A stretch of DNA of 64,000 nt, taken from IMG/VR virus record IMGVR_UViG_3300027747_002427; one strand, written 5' to 3'. The position numbers were made by a program, and so were the translations under genes. Of this stretch, positions 1 to 9,102 are shown one piece after another. The notes beneath the pieces are model-generated. The model made no database searches and had not been told where the DNA came from. It saw only the letters and a program-made list of their open reading frames with translations. Every line of letters begins with the position of its first letter. Position 1 is the stretch's first letter. Source of the DNA: a virus. Its lineage: Duplodnaviria > Caudoviricetes.

Positions 1-1
1 T

Positions 2-1591
2 TACATTTCCTGCACCAATTGGCGTAGTTATGGTCAGGTTTGTCATCTTTATTCCAGCAATTGTACAACCAGTATTTGTGCTTAATGTTCCATAAAGTAC
101 TATATTACCGCCAATAAGCCCCGGACCAGTTATAGTTGTATGTTGAACTGTTATTGATGGATTTTCAGTATAACCACCGGGATGAACAATAATTGTTTTG
201 CGTTGAGATCCTACTAAAGTCAACGCTTTAGTAATAGAAGCAACTGGGTTAAGCAAGTCACCATTACCAGTGGTGTCGTTTCCATCTATTTGGCTAACGT
301 GTATTTCATTGTCATAACCAGCAAGATTTAATGCTGATGTAGAAGCATATGCACTATTCCAATAATTTGCAGAAAGGCTCAATGCATTAACTGTAGAAAC
401 AGCTTGATAACCTAAGTTCCAGTTTGCAGACAAAGAGGATACTGTTAGATAAGTTGATTGCCAATTAGCACTTAAAGATGAAACAGTTGAAGCACTAGAT
501 TGCCAAACACCACTGACTGCTGGTGTTATATAGGCACTTCCACCACCACCACTATTTCCCCATCCTCCAGAATTATAATATACAGTACTATAAACTGAAT
601 TCCAATTGCTTGAAGAAAGATTTAATGCTGTAGTAGAAGCATAAGCACTATTCCAATTCCCTGTTAAGCTATTAATAGCAGTATTAAAAACCAACTGGCT
701 TGTCAGAGTATTTGTAAGAGTTAAAGGTGTTAAAAAACCAGTTAAAGTATTAGTAATAGTTAAAGGAGTTAGTAATGATGAAGTACTTTGAAGTAAAGTA
801 TTAGTGGCAAAAGAACCAGAAGCGTTTTGATATGTTGTAGCTATTGTATATGCAGTATTCCAATACGAACTAGAAAGATTTAAAAAATTAGTTGTAGAAA
901 CAGATCGATATGCTGAATTCCAATTAGCAGAATTAGAAGAAAGTATAGTTAAAGAACCACTATTAGAATTAAAAGTAGTATAAACCGAATTCCAATTAGC
1001 ACTTAAAGAAGATACGGTTGAATAAGTCGATTGCCAGTTAGCACTTTGAGGTAAACTGAAAGAAACTACGATTCCTCCGCTAACTAAAGAATAAGCAGTG
1101 TTCCAATAAATAGAAGATAAAGCTAAAGCATTTGTTGTTGATACTGCTTGGTATCCCAAATTCCAATTAGTACTTAAAGATGAAACCGTCGAAGCACTAG
1201 ATTGCCAAATACCACTAACAACTGGAGATATAGAACTACCACCACCTCCACCTGTCCAGCCACCAGAATTAAAATTGACAACACTGTAAACACTATCCCA
1301 AGAACCGTATTTAGATAATACAAAATTATTTAAAATATTAAAAGCTGAAAGATTTGCTTTTAATAATAAAGCACTTAATGTTGCATTAGATATAGGTTTA
1401 TCTAAATCTCTTGTATTATCTACTAGACCCAAACCTATATCAAATTTAGTTAAATTAACAATTCCGTTTTGACCATTTACACTAATAACCCCTCCACCAG
1501 TATTAACGGTAATGGTTTGAGATGGTGTTTGCTGATTAACAAAAATAGAATCACCTGCTGTGTTATCATTAATAACAATTTGATCGCTCAT
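2..1591 (-). CDS. Tail fibre/spike protein, 3'-truncated by the window edge (not in the supplied ORF track)
   Basis: Manual translation from ATG at 1591 reads MSDQIVINDNTAGDSIFVNQ... and its frame matches the open frame at the window edge. Contains the phage-fibre motif ISVNGQNGIVNLTKFDIGLGLVDNTRDLDKPIS, many SANWNSxYxxV repeats, and HVSQIDGNDTTGNG..NPVASITKAL (typical start of a beta-helix/pectin-lyase-like domain). Confidence 0.8.
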   Translation of the reverse strand, partial: MSDQIVINDNTAGDSIFVNQQTPSQTITVNTGGGVISVNGQNGIVNLTKFDIGLGLVDNTRDLDKPISNATLSALLLKANLSAFNILNNFVLSKYGSWDSVYSVVNFNSGGWTGGGGGSSISPVVSGIWQSSASTVSSLSTNWNLGYQAVSTTNALALSSIYWNTAYSLVSGGIVVSFSLPQSANWQSTYSTVSSLSANWNSVYTTFNSNSGSLTILSSNSANWNSAYRSVSTTNFLNLSSSYWNTAYTIATTYQNASGSFATNTLLQSTSSLLTPLTITNTLTGFLTPLTLTNTLTSQLVFNTAINSLTGNWNSAYASTTALNLSSSNWNSVYSTVYYNSGGWGNSGGGGSAYITPAVSGVWQSSASTVSSLSANWQSTYLTVSSLSANWNLGYQAVSTVNALSLSANYWNSAYASTSALNLAGYDNEIHVSQIDGNDTTGNGDLLNPVASITKALTLVGSQRKTIIVHPGGYTENPSITVQHTTITGPGLIGGNIVLYGTLSTNTGCTIAGIKMTNLTITTPIGAGNV

Positions 1592-1593
1592 GA

Positions 1594-1935
1594 TTATAAC
1601 CTTGTTACGTGACTAGTAATAGGCCAATTTCCTTCTAAAAATGTTTTGACTTCTCCTCCAGAAAGTGATATTTTTAAATCATAGAGATAGGTAGCGGGAG
1701 GTAAATCTACTAAACGTGGTGGTATACTCAATACTCCAGAAATAGGAGCAGTAATAGTTATAGTATTATCTTTAGTACTAAAATCTATAAGAGAAGGTGC
1801 ATCAATTTTAAATCTTACCTGCATTTTCGCTGTTGCGCCGGTAAGATTTAATGCAGATCCATTTCTAAAAATTGTAATACCAGAGATACCAGGCCAAGTA
1901 TCTCCAGCTTTGTGGGCTGGAATATTATAAGTCAC
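1594..1935 (-). CDS. Small virion adaptor protein, BppU N-terminal-like Ig fold
   Basis: GDT...LNLTGATAKMQVR...YLYDLKI...VKTFLEG pattern. GTG start 5 nt after TAAATA. Confidence 0.55.
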   Translation of the reverse strand: MTYNIPAHKAGDTWPGISGITIFRNGSALNLTGATAKMQVRFKIDAPSLIDFSTKDNTITITAPISGVLSIPPRLVDLPPATYLYDLKISLSGGEVKTFLEGNWPITSHVTRL

Positions 1936-1940
1936 GATAA

Positions 1941-1946
1941 TATTTA
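1941..1946 (-). promoter_or_regulatory. T4-like late promoter core (TAAATA)
   Basis: TAAATA on the minus strand 5 nt upstream of the GTG at 1935; the same motif precedes many structural genes. Confidence 0.55.
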
Positions 1947-1972
1947 TCCCAAAAATAACTTAGAAAGTTATT

Positions 1973-3838
1973 TTAAGCTGTCTCTGCTTCAGGCGGTGTT
2001 TTTGTTCCGGCTTCTGGAGCTGTTGGGGTTGTTGTTCCGGCTTCTGGTGTTGCTTCTGGAGTTTCTTCTGGTGCTGTTTCTGGTGCACCACCTCCAAATG
2101 CTGGAATTTCACTTGCTGGTGTACCACCACCCCCCCCTCCTGCTGATTTCTTACCAGCTTCTGATCCTGCAGCTATGTTTTCTGCAGATTCAATATGCTC
2201 TCTCCAATTAGGACCATTATTTTCAATTTGATTAAGCTCCCATTTAAGAGCTGCATCTTTACGAAGCCATTCCATATTTTCACTAATCTTATTGTCTGAG
2301 AAATCAAGATAATGGCGCTGAGCAAAGGTTTTAGAAATACTATCATTATTAGTTAAATCATTAAAATTCTTTTGCTTAAGTTCAAATAATTGTTGTTGAC
2401 GAACTGCAAAGAAATTAGAAGGAGGATTAAAATCAAGATTAATATAAGACTCATGCATCTTAAGTTCTTTCCACCAACCTCTTAATTTTAAATGAGTAAC
2501 AAATGCTTGCTTTAAACCTTGAGCAAATTGCTGTTGAAGGGAAATAATAAATTTAGCAAATCTTAATTCTTCTCTAAGAATTTCTGATCCATCCTTGAAA
2601 GGTTCATTAGGATTAAGTCTTGTAAGCGGCACTTTAAGACTCTTATAAAGTTTATTAACGAAATACATTAAGTCATCTAATGTACCTAAATTTGCACCAC
2701 CAGGTAATACTTCTACATCCGAACCAGACTCACCTTGTCTTCTTGCAAACCAATAAGAATCCAACATAGATTGTGGATTATAGATATTACCTGTATTGCT
2801 AGAAGTTGATGTATCATTATAAGTCTGTTTAGACCAATATTGTTGCATGAGTTGTTTTACATAAGCTTCAGCTTTAGCTGGTGGCATATTACCAACATCA
2901 ATTTTAAATTTAAGACGTTCTGGTGCCCTGACTAAGCGATAGATAATAATCGAATCTTCTAAAAGAGAAAGTTGTTTATAAGCTCTACGACAATTTTCTA
3001 AGAAAGGAATTCTTATAGACATATCTTCATTCCATAAACCAGAATTAATATATGTAACTTGATTACCTTGCAATGTAACAAGTTGCTGTTGCAAAGAATT
3101 GGTGCTGATATTACTTTGCTGTTGTGAAAGAGCAGCTGCAGGATTATTTAAAAGATTTATAGGTTTTTGAAAAATAAAATTTTCTATAACATTATTTTGT
3201 ACGTTATCGTATACAGGATTAATCAATTCTCCTGGAATATTAAGAACTCCAATAATACCATAATCTTTCTTTTCGTTGTGTGTTACATTTTCAAAAAAGA
3301 TCTCACCTTCTGTTAAAAGATGTCTGCAATAAGCCCTTCCTTTATGTTCTAAATCAAATACATTAATAAATTTTGCAAATTCTTTTTTTAATTCATTTTT
3401 TTCTTCATGCTGAAGATTTGAAAAATTAGAAAAATCTAAATGAACAACTTCATTGTTTTCATCTTTAACAATAAATTCATCACATATTTCATCCAAGCAA
3501 TCTGCAACTTCTGCAAATGCTGCCATACGACGATATTCTGCTAGACGTCTGATTTTATCCGTATCTATTTGAGCATATATGTAACGATGATAATTGTGAT
3601 CAGAACCAAATCTGCCCGGATTATGATAATCATTATTCATGTAAGGCCCGGTAAGAACGGACTGTTGCATGAGTCGTAACTCTGTACGCTTTGATAAACG
3701 ATCAAAGAGTTCGTATTTAGGATTACCTACATCAGCATTTACAGCTCCAGCTACATAAGGAAGTCTTTGTAGGATAGAACTAACAAAATTTCTACTAGCG
3801 TCTGGCACTCTATTAGCTGTGGGAAGAAGATCTGGCAT
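1973..3838 (-). CDS. gp20: Portal protein (T4 gp20 family) with acidic Pro/Glu/Thr-rich C-terminal tail
   Basis: Hallmark motifs YRLVRAPERLKFKIDVGNMPPAKAEAYV, DSYWFARRQGESGSDVEVLPGGANLG, YKSLKVPLTRL, ILREELRFAKFI. Confidence 0.97.
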   Translation of the reverse strand: MPDLLPTANRVPDASRNFVSSILQRLPYVAGAVNADVGNPKYELFDRLSKRTELRLMQQSVLTGPYMNNDYHNPGRFGSDHNYHRYIYAQIDTDKIRRLAEYRRMAAFAEVADCLDEICDEFIVKDENNEVVHLDFSNFSNLQHEEKNELKKEFAKFINVFDLEHKGRAYCRHLLTEGEIFFENVTHNEKKDYGIIGVLNIPGELINPVYDNVQNNVIENFIFQKPINLLNNPAAALSQQQSNISTNSLQQQLVTLQGNQVTYINSGLWNEDMSIRIPFLENCRRAYKQLSLLEDSIIIYRLVRAPERLKFKIDVGNMPPAKAEAYVKQLMQQYWSKQTYNDTSTSSNTGNIYNPQSMLDSYWFARRQGESGSDVEVLPGGANLGTLDDLMYFVNKLYKSLKVPLTRLNPNEPFKDGSEILREELRFAKFIISLQQQFAQGLKQAFVTHLKLRGWWKELKMHESYINLDFNPPSNFFAVRQQQLFELKQKNFNDLTNNDSISKTFAQRHYLDFSDNKISENMEWLRKDAALKWELNQIENNGPNWREHIESAENIAAGSEAGKKSAGGGGGGTPASEIPAFGGGAPETAPEETPEATPEAGTTTPTAPEAGTKTPPEAETA

Positions 3839-3850
3839 GATATTATTATC

Positions 3851-3858
3851 TATTTATT
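3851..3858 (-). promoter_or_regulatory. Late promoter for the portal gene (AATAAATA)
   Basis: Near-match to the T4 late consensus TATAAATA, 12 nt upstream of the gp20 ATG. Confidence 0.6.
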
Positions 3859-3924
3859 ATAGTTTACTTACTATCAACTTTCACCTATTATATAAAATAC
3901 TTTAAAAGAAGGTTTCTTTTACCC

Positions 3925-3930
3925 TAAATA
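3925..3930 (+). promoter_or_regulatory. Late promoter core TAAATA
   Basis: 9 nt upstream of ATG 3940, in the divergent intergenic region. Confidence 0.5.
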
Positions 3931-3939
3931 AATTATATT

Positions 3940-4284
3940 ATGAGCAAATTTTTAGACTTAGTAAAAAATACTTATCCTTTATTAAACGAAGCTGAGGAAG
4001 TAGAAACACCAACTGAAACCCCTGAAACGCCAGCTCCTGTAGATGTTTCCAACAAAGAAGATTCAAAATTACCAAAAGAAGAAGATGTTGCTTTAAAGGT
4101 TCAATTAGTTGGATTAGCCAAAACAGCTTTATTCATAGACAAAACACATTTAGAAGAGTCTAACCCCTCAGCTCGTACTATTATTAATGAAATTGCTCAA
4201 CTTAACCCAATTGATTTAACTAATGTAGGTGAAGCTCAAAGATTATTAGAAGAATTAATAGCCTTGGTAGACATGCCTACCTAA
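3940..4284 (+). CDS. Acidic hypothetical protein, candidate internal head protein
   Basis: MSKFLDLV...LLNE/A N-terminus resembles a gp21-cleaved leader; late motif upstream. Confidence 0.6.
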   Translation: MSKFLDLVKNTYPLLNEAEEVETPTETPETPAPVDVSNKEDSKLPKEEDVALKVQLVGLAKTALFIDKTHLEESNPSARTIINEIAQLNPIDLTNVGEAQRLLEELIALVDMPT

Positions 4285-4288
4285 AATA

Positions 4289-4316
4289 GTGCATTAAAAC
4301 CCTATTGTGGTAAAGT
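4289..4316 (+). promoter_or_regulatory. Putative sigma70-type promoter (GTGCAT-N16-TAAAGT, TG upstream of the -10)
   Basis: -10-like TAAAGT at 4311-4316 ends 5 nt before ATG 4322; no Shine-Dalgarno. Confidence 0.4.
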
Positions 4317-4321
4317 AGGGT

Positions 4322-4597
4322 ATGAAAGAAGAGGTTTACAACCTTAATAATTTAACTCATAATCAAATTAAATTGATTATAGAAGCTTTGCTTTATGCTG
4401 GTTCTGTTGATGTAAATAGTGCCTGGTATAAGAAAGACATTGAACAAATAGTTGACCTTGCTATAAACTTAAGAAAATTAGCCAATAATATCCCTCTAAA
4501 AGAAATTTATGCTTTTGAAGAAGAATATCTTGATTCAACCACAAAGAAAATACTTGATTATTTTCCTGAACTATTAGATAATAAACCCAATTTATGA
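4322..4597 (+). CDS. Hypothetical protein
   Basis: 91-aa ORF with ATGA overlap into the next gene; no recognised motif. Confidence 0.65.
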   Translation: MKEEVYNLNNLTHNQIKLIIEALLYAGSVDVNSAWYKKDIEQIVDLAINLRKLANNIPLKEIYAFEEEYLDSTTKKILDYFPELLDNKPNL

Positions 4598-5223
4598 AAA
4601 TATGCGTATCTGGAACCCAGTGTGTAGGTAAAAGCACATATATCCAAGATTTTTTAAAGACTTGGCCAATGTATGAAACCCCTCAAAAATCTTATAGAGA
4701 TGTAATTAAAGAAAAAAACCTTCCTCACAGCAATGAAGGCAATGAAGAGTCTCAAAAAATTATATTAGATCATCTTATTGATCAGGCTCAAGAATATTCT
4801 AAAAGTGATAATGTTATATTTGATAGATGCGTATTAGACAATCTAGCATATTCTTCTTGGTTAAATCTTAATGGAAAAGTTTCAGACAAGTTTTTAGATG
4901 AATCTCGCATTATTGTTAGAGAAACACTAAGCATGTTTGATATTATCTTTTACATACCTTTAACTAAAGCAGCACCAGTTGAATTAGTTGAAGATGGATT
5001 AAGAAATACAGATCCTTTGTTTAGAGAAGAAATAGATAATATCTTTAAAGTATTCCAGCAATCATTCTTTCAGGGAGATGGTAGAATCTTTAAGAAAGGT
5101 GATTCAGCTCCTATTATTGACATTTACGGCAGTCCAGAAGAACGTATAGTTCTTACTAGTCTTTATATAACTAAAGAGGGTAAGCAGTATGGTGAAGAAG
5201 ATACTCTAATTAAGCCCGCTTAA
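4594..5223 (+). CDS. P-loop NTPase, AAA_28/NadR-type nucleotide-kinase-like
   Basis: Walker A SGTQCVGKST, DRCVLDNLAY motif, DIIFYIP...EDGLR; paralogous to 19482..20027. Confidence 0.8.
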   Translation: MKICVSGTQCVGKSTYIQDFLKTWPMYETPQKSYRDVIKEKNLPHSNEGNEESQKIILDHLIDQAQEYSKSDNVIFDRCVLDNLAYSSWLNLNGKVSDKFLDESRIIVRETLSMFDIIFYIPLTKAAPVELVEDGLRNTDPLFREEIDNIFKVFQQSFFQGDGRIFKKGDSAPIIDIYGSPEERIVLTSLYITKEGKQYGEEDTLIKPA

Positions 5224-5227
5224 TTGG

Positions 5228-5233
5228 TAAGTA
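5228..5233 (+). promoter_or_regulatory. Late promoter variant TAAGTA
   Basis: 6 nt upstream of ATG 5240; the same variant occurs at 13760, 16959, 20478 and 42897. Confidence 0.5.
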
Positions 5234-5239
5234 AAAGAA

Positions 5240-6052
5240 ATGTCTAAATTTAACTTTCTCGTAGAAAATATGTTAGTTGATCTGAATGAGGGTCGTATTC
5301 CTAAATCTGCTCAATTTTCTAACATCGAATTAGATGCTTCTGCTTTTGCTGATAAATTAAAAGGCGGAGACATGAATGAGCTTATTGAAGCATGGTCAAC
5401 CAAGAAATGGCTTGGTAATTTACCACAAGATAAGATAAGAGAAATTTTAAATAATTTAGCAGAGGATTTAACAGAATATCCCCCACGTTCTTATACAGAA
5501 CTTTGGGCACAGATTGAAAGTAAAGTAAGAGAAGGGGTTCCTACTCGTAAAGATCTTGTTCAAAAGATGACAAGAGTTACAGCTAATCTTTTAACGGATC
5601 CATCTTTTGGATTAATTAAAACCGTAGAAGCACCAGCAGAAGAAAAACCTCAAGTAAATAAAGTCGCTTCCAATGATGAAGAAGAACTTTCAGATGTTGC
5701 AGAAAAAACTTTAGAATATGTTCGCCAAGCAGACGAGCCATCTGAATATGCAGATGTTGTAAAGTATATTACAGGTTCTTTTGCTAAAGAAGAAAACGAA
5801 GCAGAAGATGTTATTAAAGAACTTATTTCTAAGAATCTAATTGAAAAACAAGGTGATACATTAGTTCCTAAAGAAGAAACCGGTGCAGCTATCTTGGATA
5901 CAGACGAAGAACCAATTGAAACCGGCGACAAAGAACATGATAAGGAATTAGCAAGAGCAGCAGCATTAGAATATGATCCTGATGTAGAAGCTGCTTATCG
6001 CGAATATCTTTCATCAGATTATTCTTCAGATAACTACAACTACGGAGATTGA
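5240..6052 (+). CDS. Acidic hypothetical protein, candidate internal head protein
   Basis: 270 aa, very Glu/Asp-rich, MSKFNFLVENMLVDLNE/G leader. Confidence 0.7.
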   Translation: MSKFNFLVENMLVDLNEGRIPKSAQFSNIELDASAFADKLKGGDMNELIEAWSTKKWLGNLPQDKIREILNNLAEDLTEYPPRSYTELWAQIESKVREGVPTRKDLVQKMTRVTANLLTDPSFGLIKTVEAPAEEKPQVNKVASNDEEELSDVAEKTLEYVRQADEPSEYADVVKYITGSFAKEENEAEDVIKELISKNLIEKQGDTLVPKEETGAAILDTDEEPIETGDKEHDKELARAAALEYDPDVEAAYREYLSSDYSSDNYNYGD

Positions 6053-6077
6053 TATTTCCGGTAATTTATAATATACT
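6049..6077 (+). promoter_or_regulatory. Sigma70-type promoter TTGATA-N17-TATACT
   Basis: Near-consensus -35 (6049-6054) and -10 (6072-6077); expected +1 coincides with the primase GTG at 6084. Confidence 0.75.
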
Positions 6078-6083
6078 ATATAG

Positions 6084-7049
6084 GTGAGACAATTGCCTGG
6101 TAGTTATATTTTAAATAAGTTTTACACCTACTCAGGTGCTCCTGCTTATAATAAATTTACAAGCACTTACTATGCTTCTTGTCCTATATGTAGAGAAGGC
6201 AAAAGCTTTTTAAAGAAAAAAAGACTTTACTATTATCCTACGAGTAACACCTTTTATTGTTTTAATTGTAGTAGATCCTGGCATGCTCTGGCTTGGATAG
6301 AAGCTGTATCTGGTATGTCTAGGGAGGAGATAGAAGCAGAAGTATTAAGCGGTAATACTTCTTTTGATATTACAGATAACTTAAAATATAACAATAAGAT
6401 CAAAAAGAAACCCTTATCATCTTTACCTTTAGATTCTATTAATATTAGTGATCCGTTACAAAAACAATATTATGGGACTAATGTTTATTTTCAAAAAGCA
6501 TTAGAATATATTACAGAAAGAAGATTAGATACAGCAGTTAATAAAAGTTCATCCTATTATATAAGCCTTACAGATCATTTTCACAAGAACAGACTTTGTG
6601 TTCCTTATTATGATAGTGATAAGAAAATAGTATTTTACCAAACAAGATCTTTAGATGGCACAGAACCTAGATATCTTAATAAAGTTGGATATGACAAAAC
6701 AGTTTTTGGTATAGATAGAATAGACACATCCTTAGATTATTTGTTTTTGTTTGAAGGTCCTATGGATGCAATGTTTGTTAAAAATGGAATATCCGTAGCA
6801 GGATTAGTATTAACTGGAGAACAAGAAAAACAATTAGTAGAATTTCCGTTTTATGAAAAGATATGGGTACTAGACAATCCTCGCTTTGATGAAGCAGCAA
6901 AAGAAAATATCTTTAAGCTTATTTCTAATAAACAAAAAGTCTTTAAATGGCCTATTGATAAACCATATAAAGACTTTAATGAATGGTGTGTTAAAGAAAA
7001 GTTAGACGAAATAGATTATAAATTTATTTTACAAAATTTATATTCTTAG
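6084..7049 (+). CDS. gp61: DNA primase (T4 gp61 family)
   Basis: Zn ribbon CPIC...CFNC, RLCVPYY..IVFYQTRSL, TOPRIM FLFEGPMDAMF, WVLDN, KDFNEW. Confidence 0.93.
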   Translation: MRQLPGSYILNKFYTYSGAPAYNKFTSTYYASCPICREGKSFLKKKRLYYYPTSNTFYCFNCSRSWHALAWIEAVSGMSREEIEAEVLSGNTSFDITDNLKYNNKIKKKPLSSLPLDSINISDPLQKQYYGTNVYFQKALEYITERRLDTAVNKSSSYYISLTDHFHKNRLCVPYYDSDKKIVFYQTRSLDGTEPRYLNKVGYDKTVFGIDRIDTSLDYLFLFEGPMDAMFVKNGISVAGLVLTGEQEKQLVEFPFYEKIWVLDNPRFDEAAKENIFKLISNKQKVFKWPIDKPYKDFNEWCVKEKLDEIDYKFILQNLYS

Positions 7050-7708
7050 GAAGTTAATGATTGCTCTGTGTCTCTTAATTTCTTAGGAGCTGTAATAATA
7101 AAGGAATTTAATACTTCCTTCAATTTATCTAATTCACCTGTTGTACGAGTAATATTATCAGAAGACTTACGCATGATACCACGAAGTAAGCTTCCTGCTT
7201 TATCATTATCTGATAAAAATTTATGCAATGATTCTATATTAGGATCATTTAACATAGCTGTAAATTCATCTAATTTGTGAGACCATTTTTCAATCTCTTC
7301 TATATTCTTAGTTGCAACCTCAGGTGGTACACCCTGTACCTCATAAGCATCCTTTGGGGTTTCTGGCTCAAGAGCTTTTTCAAAATCTTTTTTATTAGCT
7401 TCCGGAGAAAAATCATCCGGTGACTTTACCTCCGATGAAACTTCTTCTTCATCTTTAATTTGTTCTGGCTCTTCGGCTTCAGCAATTAAAGCTCCTAAAA
7501 ATCTACTAATGAAAGGTATATCAGTATTTTCATTATACCAAGCATTACACTCACCAACACAATTACCCCCACAATTACACATAGGTCTATAATTGCTATC
7601 TAAAATTCTCTTGACTTCTTTTTCAACTTTAGGATTTTTAGATGGTACGGTGGTCTTTACTCCGTATTTCTTTTTTAATTTAAATTTGACTTTCTTGGTG
7701 TTCTTCAT
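7046..7708 (-). CDS. Hypothetical protein: basic N-terminus, Cys cluster, acidic/coiled-coil C-terminus
   Basis: 220-aa ORF with CNCGGNCVGEC and LIAE/AEE motifs; TAAATA 14 nt upstream. Confidence 0.7.
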   Translation of the reverse strand: MKNTKKVKFKLKKKYGVKTTVPSKNPKVEKEVKRILDSNYRPMCNCGGNCVGECNAWYNENTDIPFISRFLGALIAEAEEPEQIKDEEEVSSEVKSPDDFSPEANKKDFEKALEPETPKDAYEVQGVPPEVATKNIEEIEKWSHKLDEFTAMLNDPNIESLHKFLSDNDKAGSLLRGIMRKSSDNITRTTGELDKLKEVLNSFIITAPKKLRDTEQSLTS

Positions 7709-7720
7709 TAGAATATATAC

Positions 7721-7728
7721 TATATTTA
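7721..7728. promoter_or_regulatory. Overlapping divergent promoter cores: + strand -10 TATATT (7721-7726) and - strand late TAAATA (7723-7728)
   Basis: TATATT ends 6 nt before the queC ATG (7733); the reverse complement of TATTTA precedes ATG 7708. Confidence 0.45.
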
Positions 7729-7732
7729 CCTT

Positions 7733-8449
7733 ATGGATGTCAAAAAACCTAAATCAATTGTAATTTATAGTGGTGGACTAGATTCTACCTGTTTATTGTA
7801 TAGAATTAATAAAGAATCAGATACATTAGCCTTAATCTTTAACTATGGTCAAAGACATTCTATAGAAATAGAAAGAGCCATAGATAATTGTATTAAATTA
7901 AATATACCTCACAAGGTATTAGATATATCATTCTTTAAGGATATAGCATCTTCATCGGCTTTATTAGATTACAATAAAGAAATTCCCAACATTAAAGATA
8001 TAGCAGGTCATGCTCAACCACCAACATATGTCCCTAACAGGAATATGATGTTTTTATCTATTGCCACAGCAGCTGCAGAATCAGCAGGAGCGGACAAGGT
8101 TTATTATGGTGCAGCGGAAGTAGACACTCATAGTGGTCATTGGGATTGTTCATTAGATTTCTTAAAAAATATTAACCAGACCATTTCTCTTAATAGAGAA
8201 CACCAGATTGAAATAGTAGCTCCTTATATTACCTTTTCTAAAGCTGATATTATTAAAGATGGAATAGCAAACGGTGTAGATTTTAAAAATACACATACGT
8301 GTTACAAAGGAGAAGAAATATCTTGTGGCACTTGTTCGTCTTGTGCTTCACGCATTCAAGGGTTTTTAGAAGCTGGATATATTGATCCTAAAGAATATGT
8401 AATATCAGATAAAATCCCATGGAAAAATTACAATTGCCAAGTCCTGTAA
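7733..8449 (+). CDS. queC: QueC family (7-cyano-7-deazaguanine synthase-like) PP-loop ATPase
   Basis: SGGLDST PP-loop, NYGQRHSIE, TYVPNRNMMFLSIA, SKADII and Zn site TCYKGEEISCGTCSSCASR. The loop reads SGHWDCS rather than canonical SGYPDCR. Confidence 0.92.
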   Translation: MDVKKPKSIVIYSGGLDSTCLLYRINKESDTLALIFNYGQRHSIEIERAIDNCIKLNIPHKVLDISFFKDIASSSALLDYNKEIPNIKDIAGHAQPPTYVPNRNMMFLSIATAAAESAGADKVYYGAAEVDTHSGHWDCSLDFLKNINQTISLNREHQIEIVAPYITFSKADIIKDGIANGVDFKNTHTCYKGEEISCGTCSSCASRIQGFLEAGYIDPKEYVISDKIPWKNYNCQVL

Positions 8450-9102
8450 ATCATTATCACTTTGTTTGTGCTACACCTCTTTCTCAATATAAATTTGAGA
8501 AAAGTCAATTTAATTTATTTTTAGACAAATTTGCTTATAAAAATTATACAATTGTTTATAGTAACAAAGAAGGTCTTCCAAAGGTTTATAACAAATTTTT
8601 TACAGAAGACCATAAAGGCAAAAAAATTATCTTCATACATGATGATGTATTAATTGAAGATCTTTTTTGGCAAGAAAAATTAGATATAGCTTTTGAAAAA
8701 TATGACATAGTAGGATTAGCCGGGTCTAAAAAAATAGACAGATCTCGTCCTCCTGCTTGGCATTTAATGTCTAATAAAGAAGATATAGTAGGTGAAGTGG
8801 CACATGCTTATGAAGGTAAAACATGGACCACGGTTTTCGGACCTACAGATTCGAGAGCTCTTGTATTAGATGGTCTTTTTATAGCAGTTGATGTAGATAA
8901 AGCATTATCTACCAACACTACATTTGATGAAGATTTTGATTTTCATCATTATGACATTTCATTTTGTTTGAGAGCTAATAATAATAAATTAAAAATGGGT
9001 GTAGCACCTATTAAAGTAGTTCACTTTGGTTTAGGAGACAGTATGAATACTCCAGAGTGGAATTCTAGTGCCGCTAGATTCAACTTAAAGTATAATCAAT
9101 AA
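8419..9102 (+). CDS. GT-A fold glycosyltransferase (GT2-like)
   Basis: GLPKVYN, IIFIHDDVLI (DxD-type), YDIVGLAG, LDGLFIAV, FDEDFDFHHYDISFCL; overlaps the queC 3' end. Confidence 0.82.
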   Translation: MEKLQLPSPVNHYHFVCATPLSQYKFEKSQFNLFLDKFAYKNYTIVYSNKEGLPKVYNKFFTEDHKGKKIIFIHDDVLIEDLFWQEKLDIAFEKYDIVGLAGSKKIDRSRPPAWHLMSNKEDIVGEVAHAYEGKTWTTVFGPTDSRALVLDGLFIAVDVDKALSTNTTFDEDFDFHHYDISFCLRANNNKLKMGVAPIKVVHFGLGDSMNTPEWNSSAARFNLKYNQ

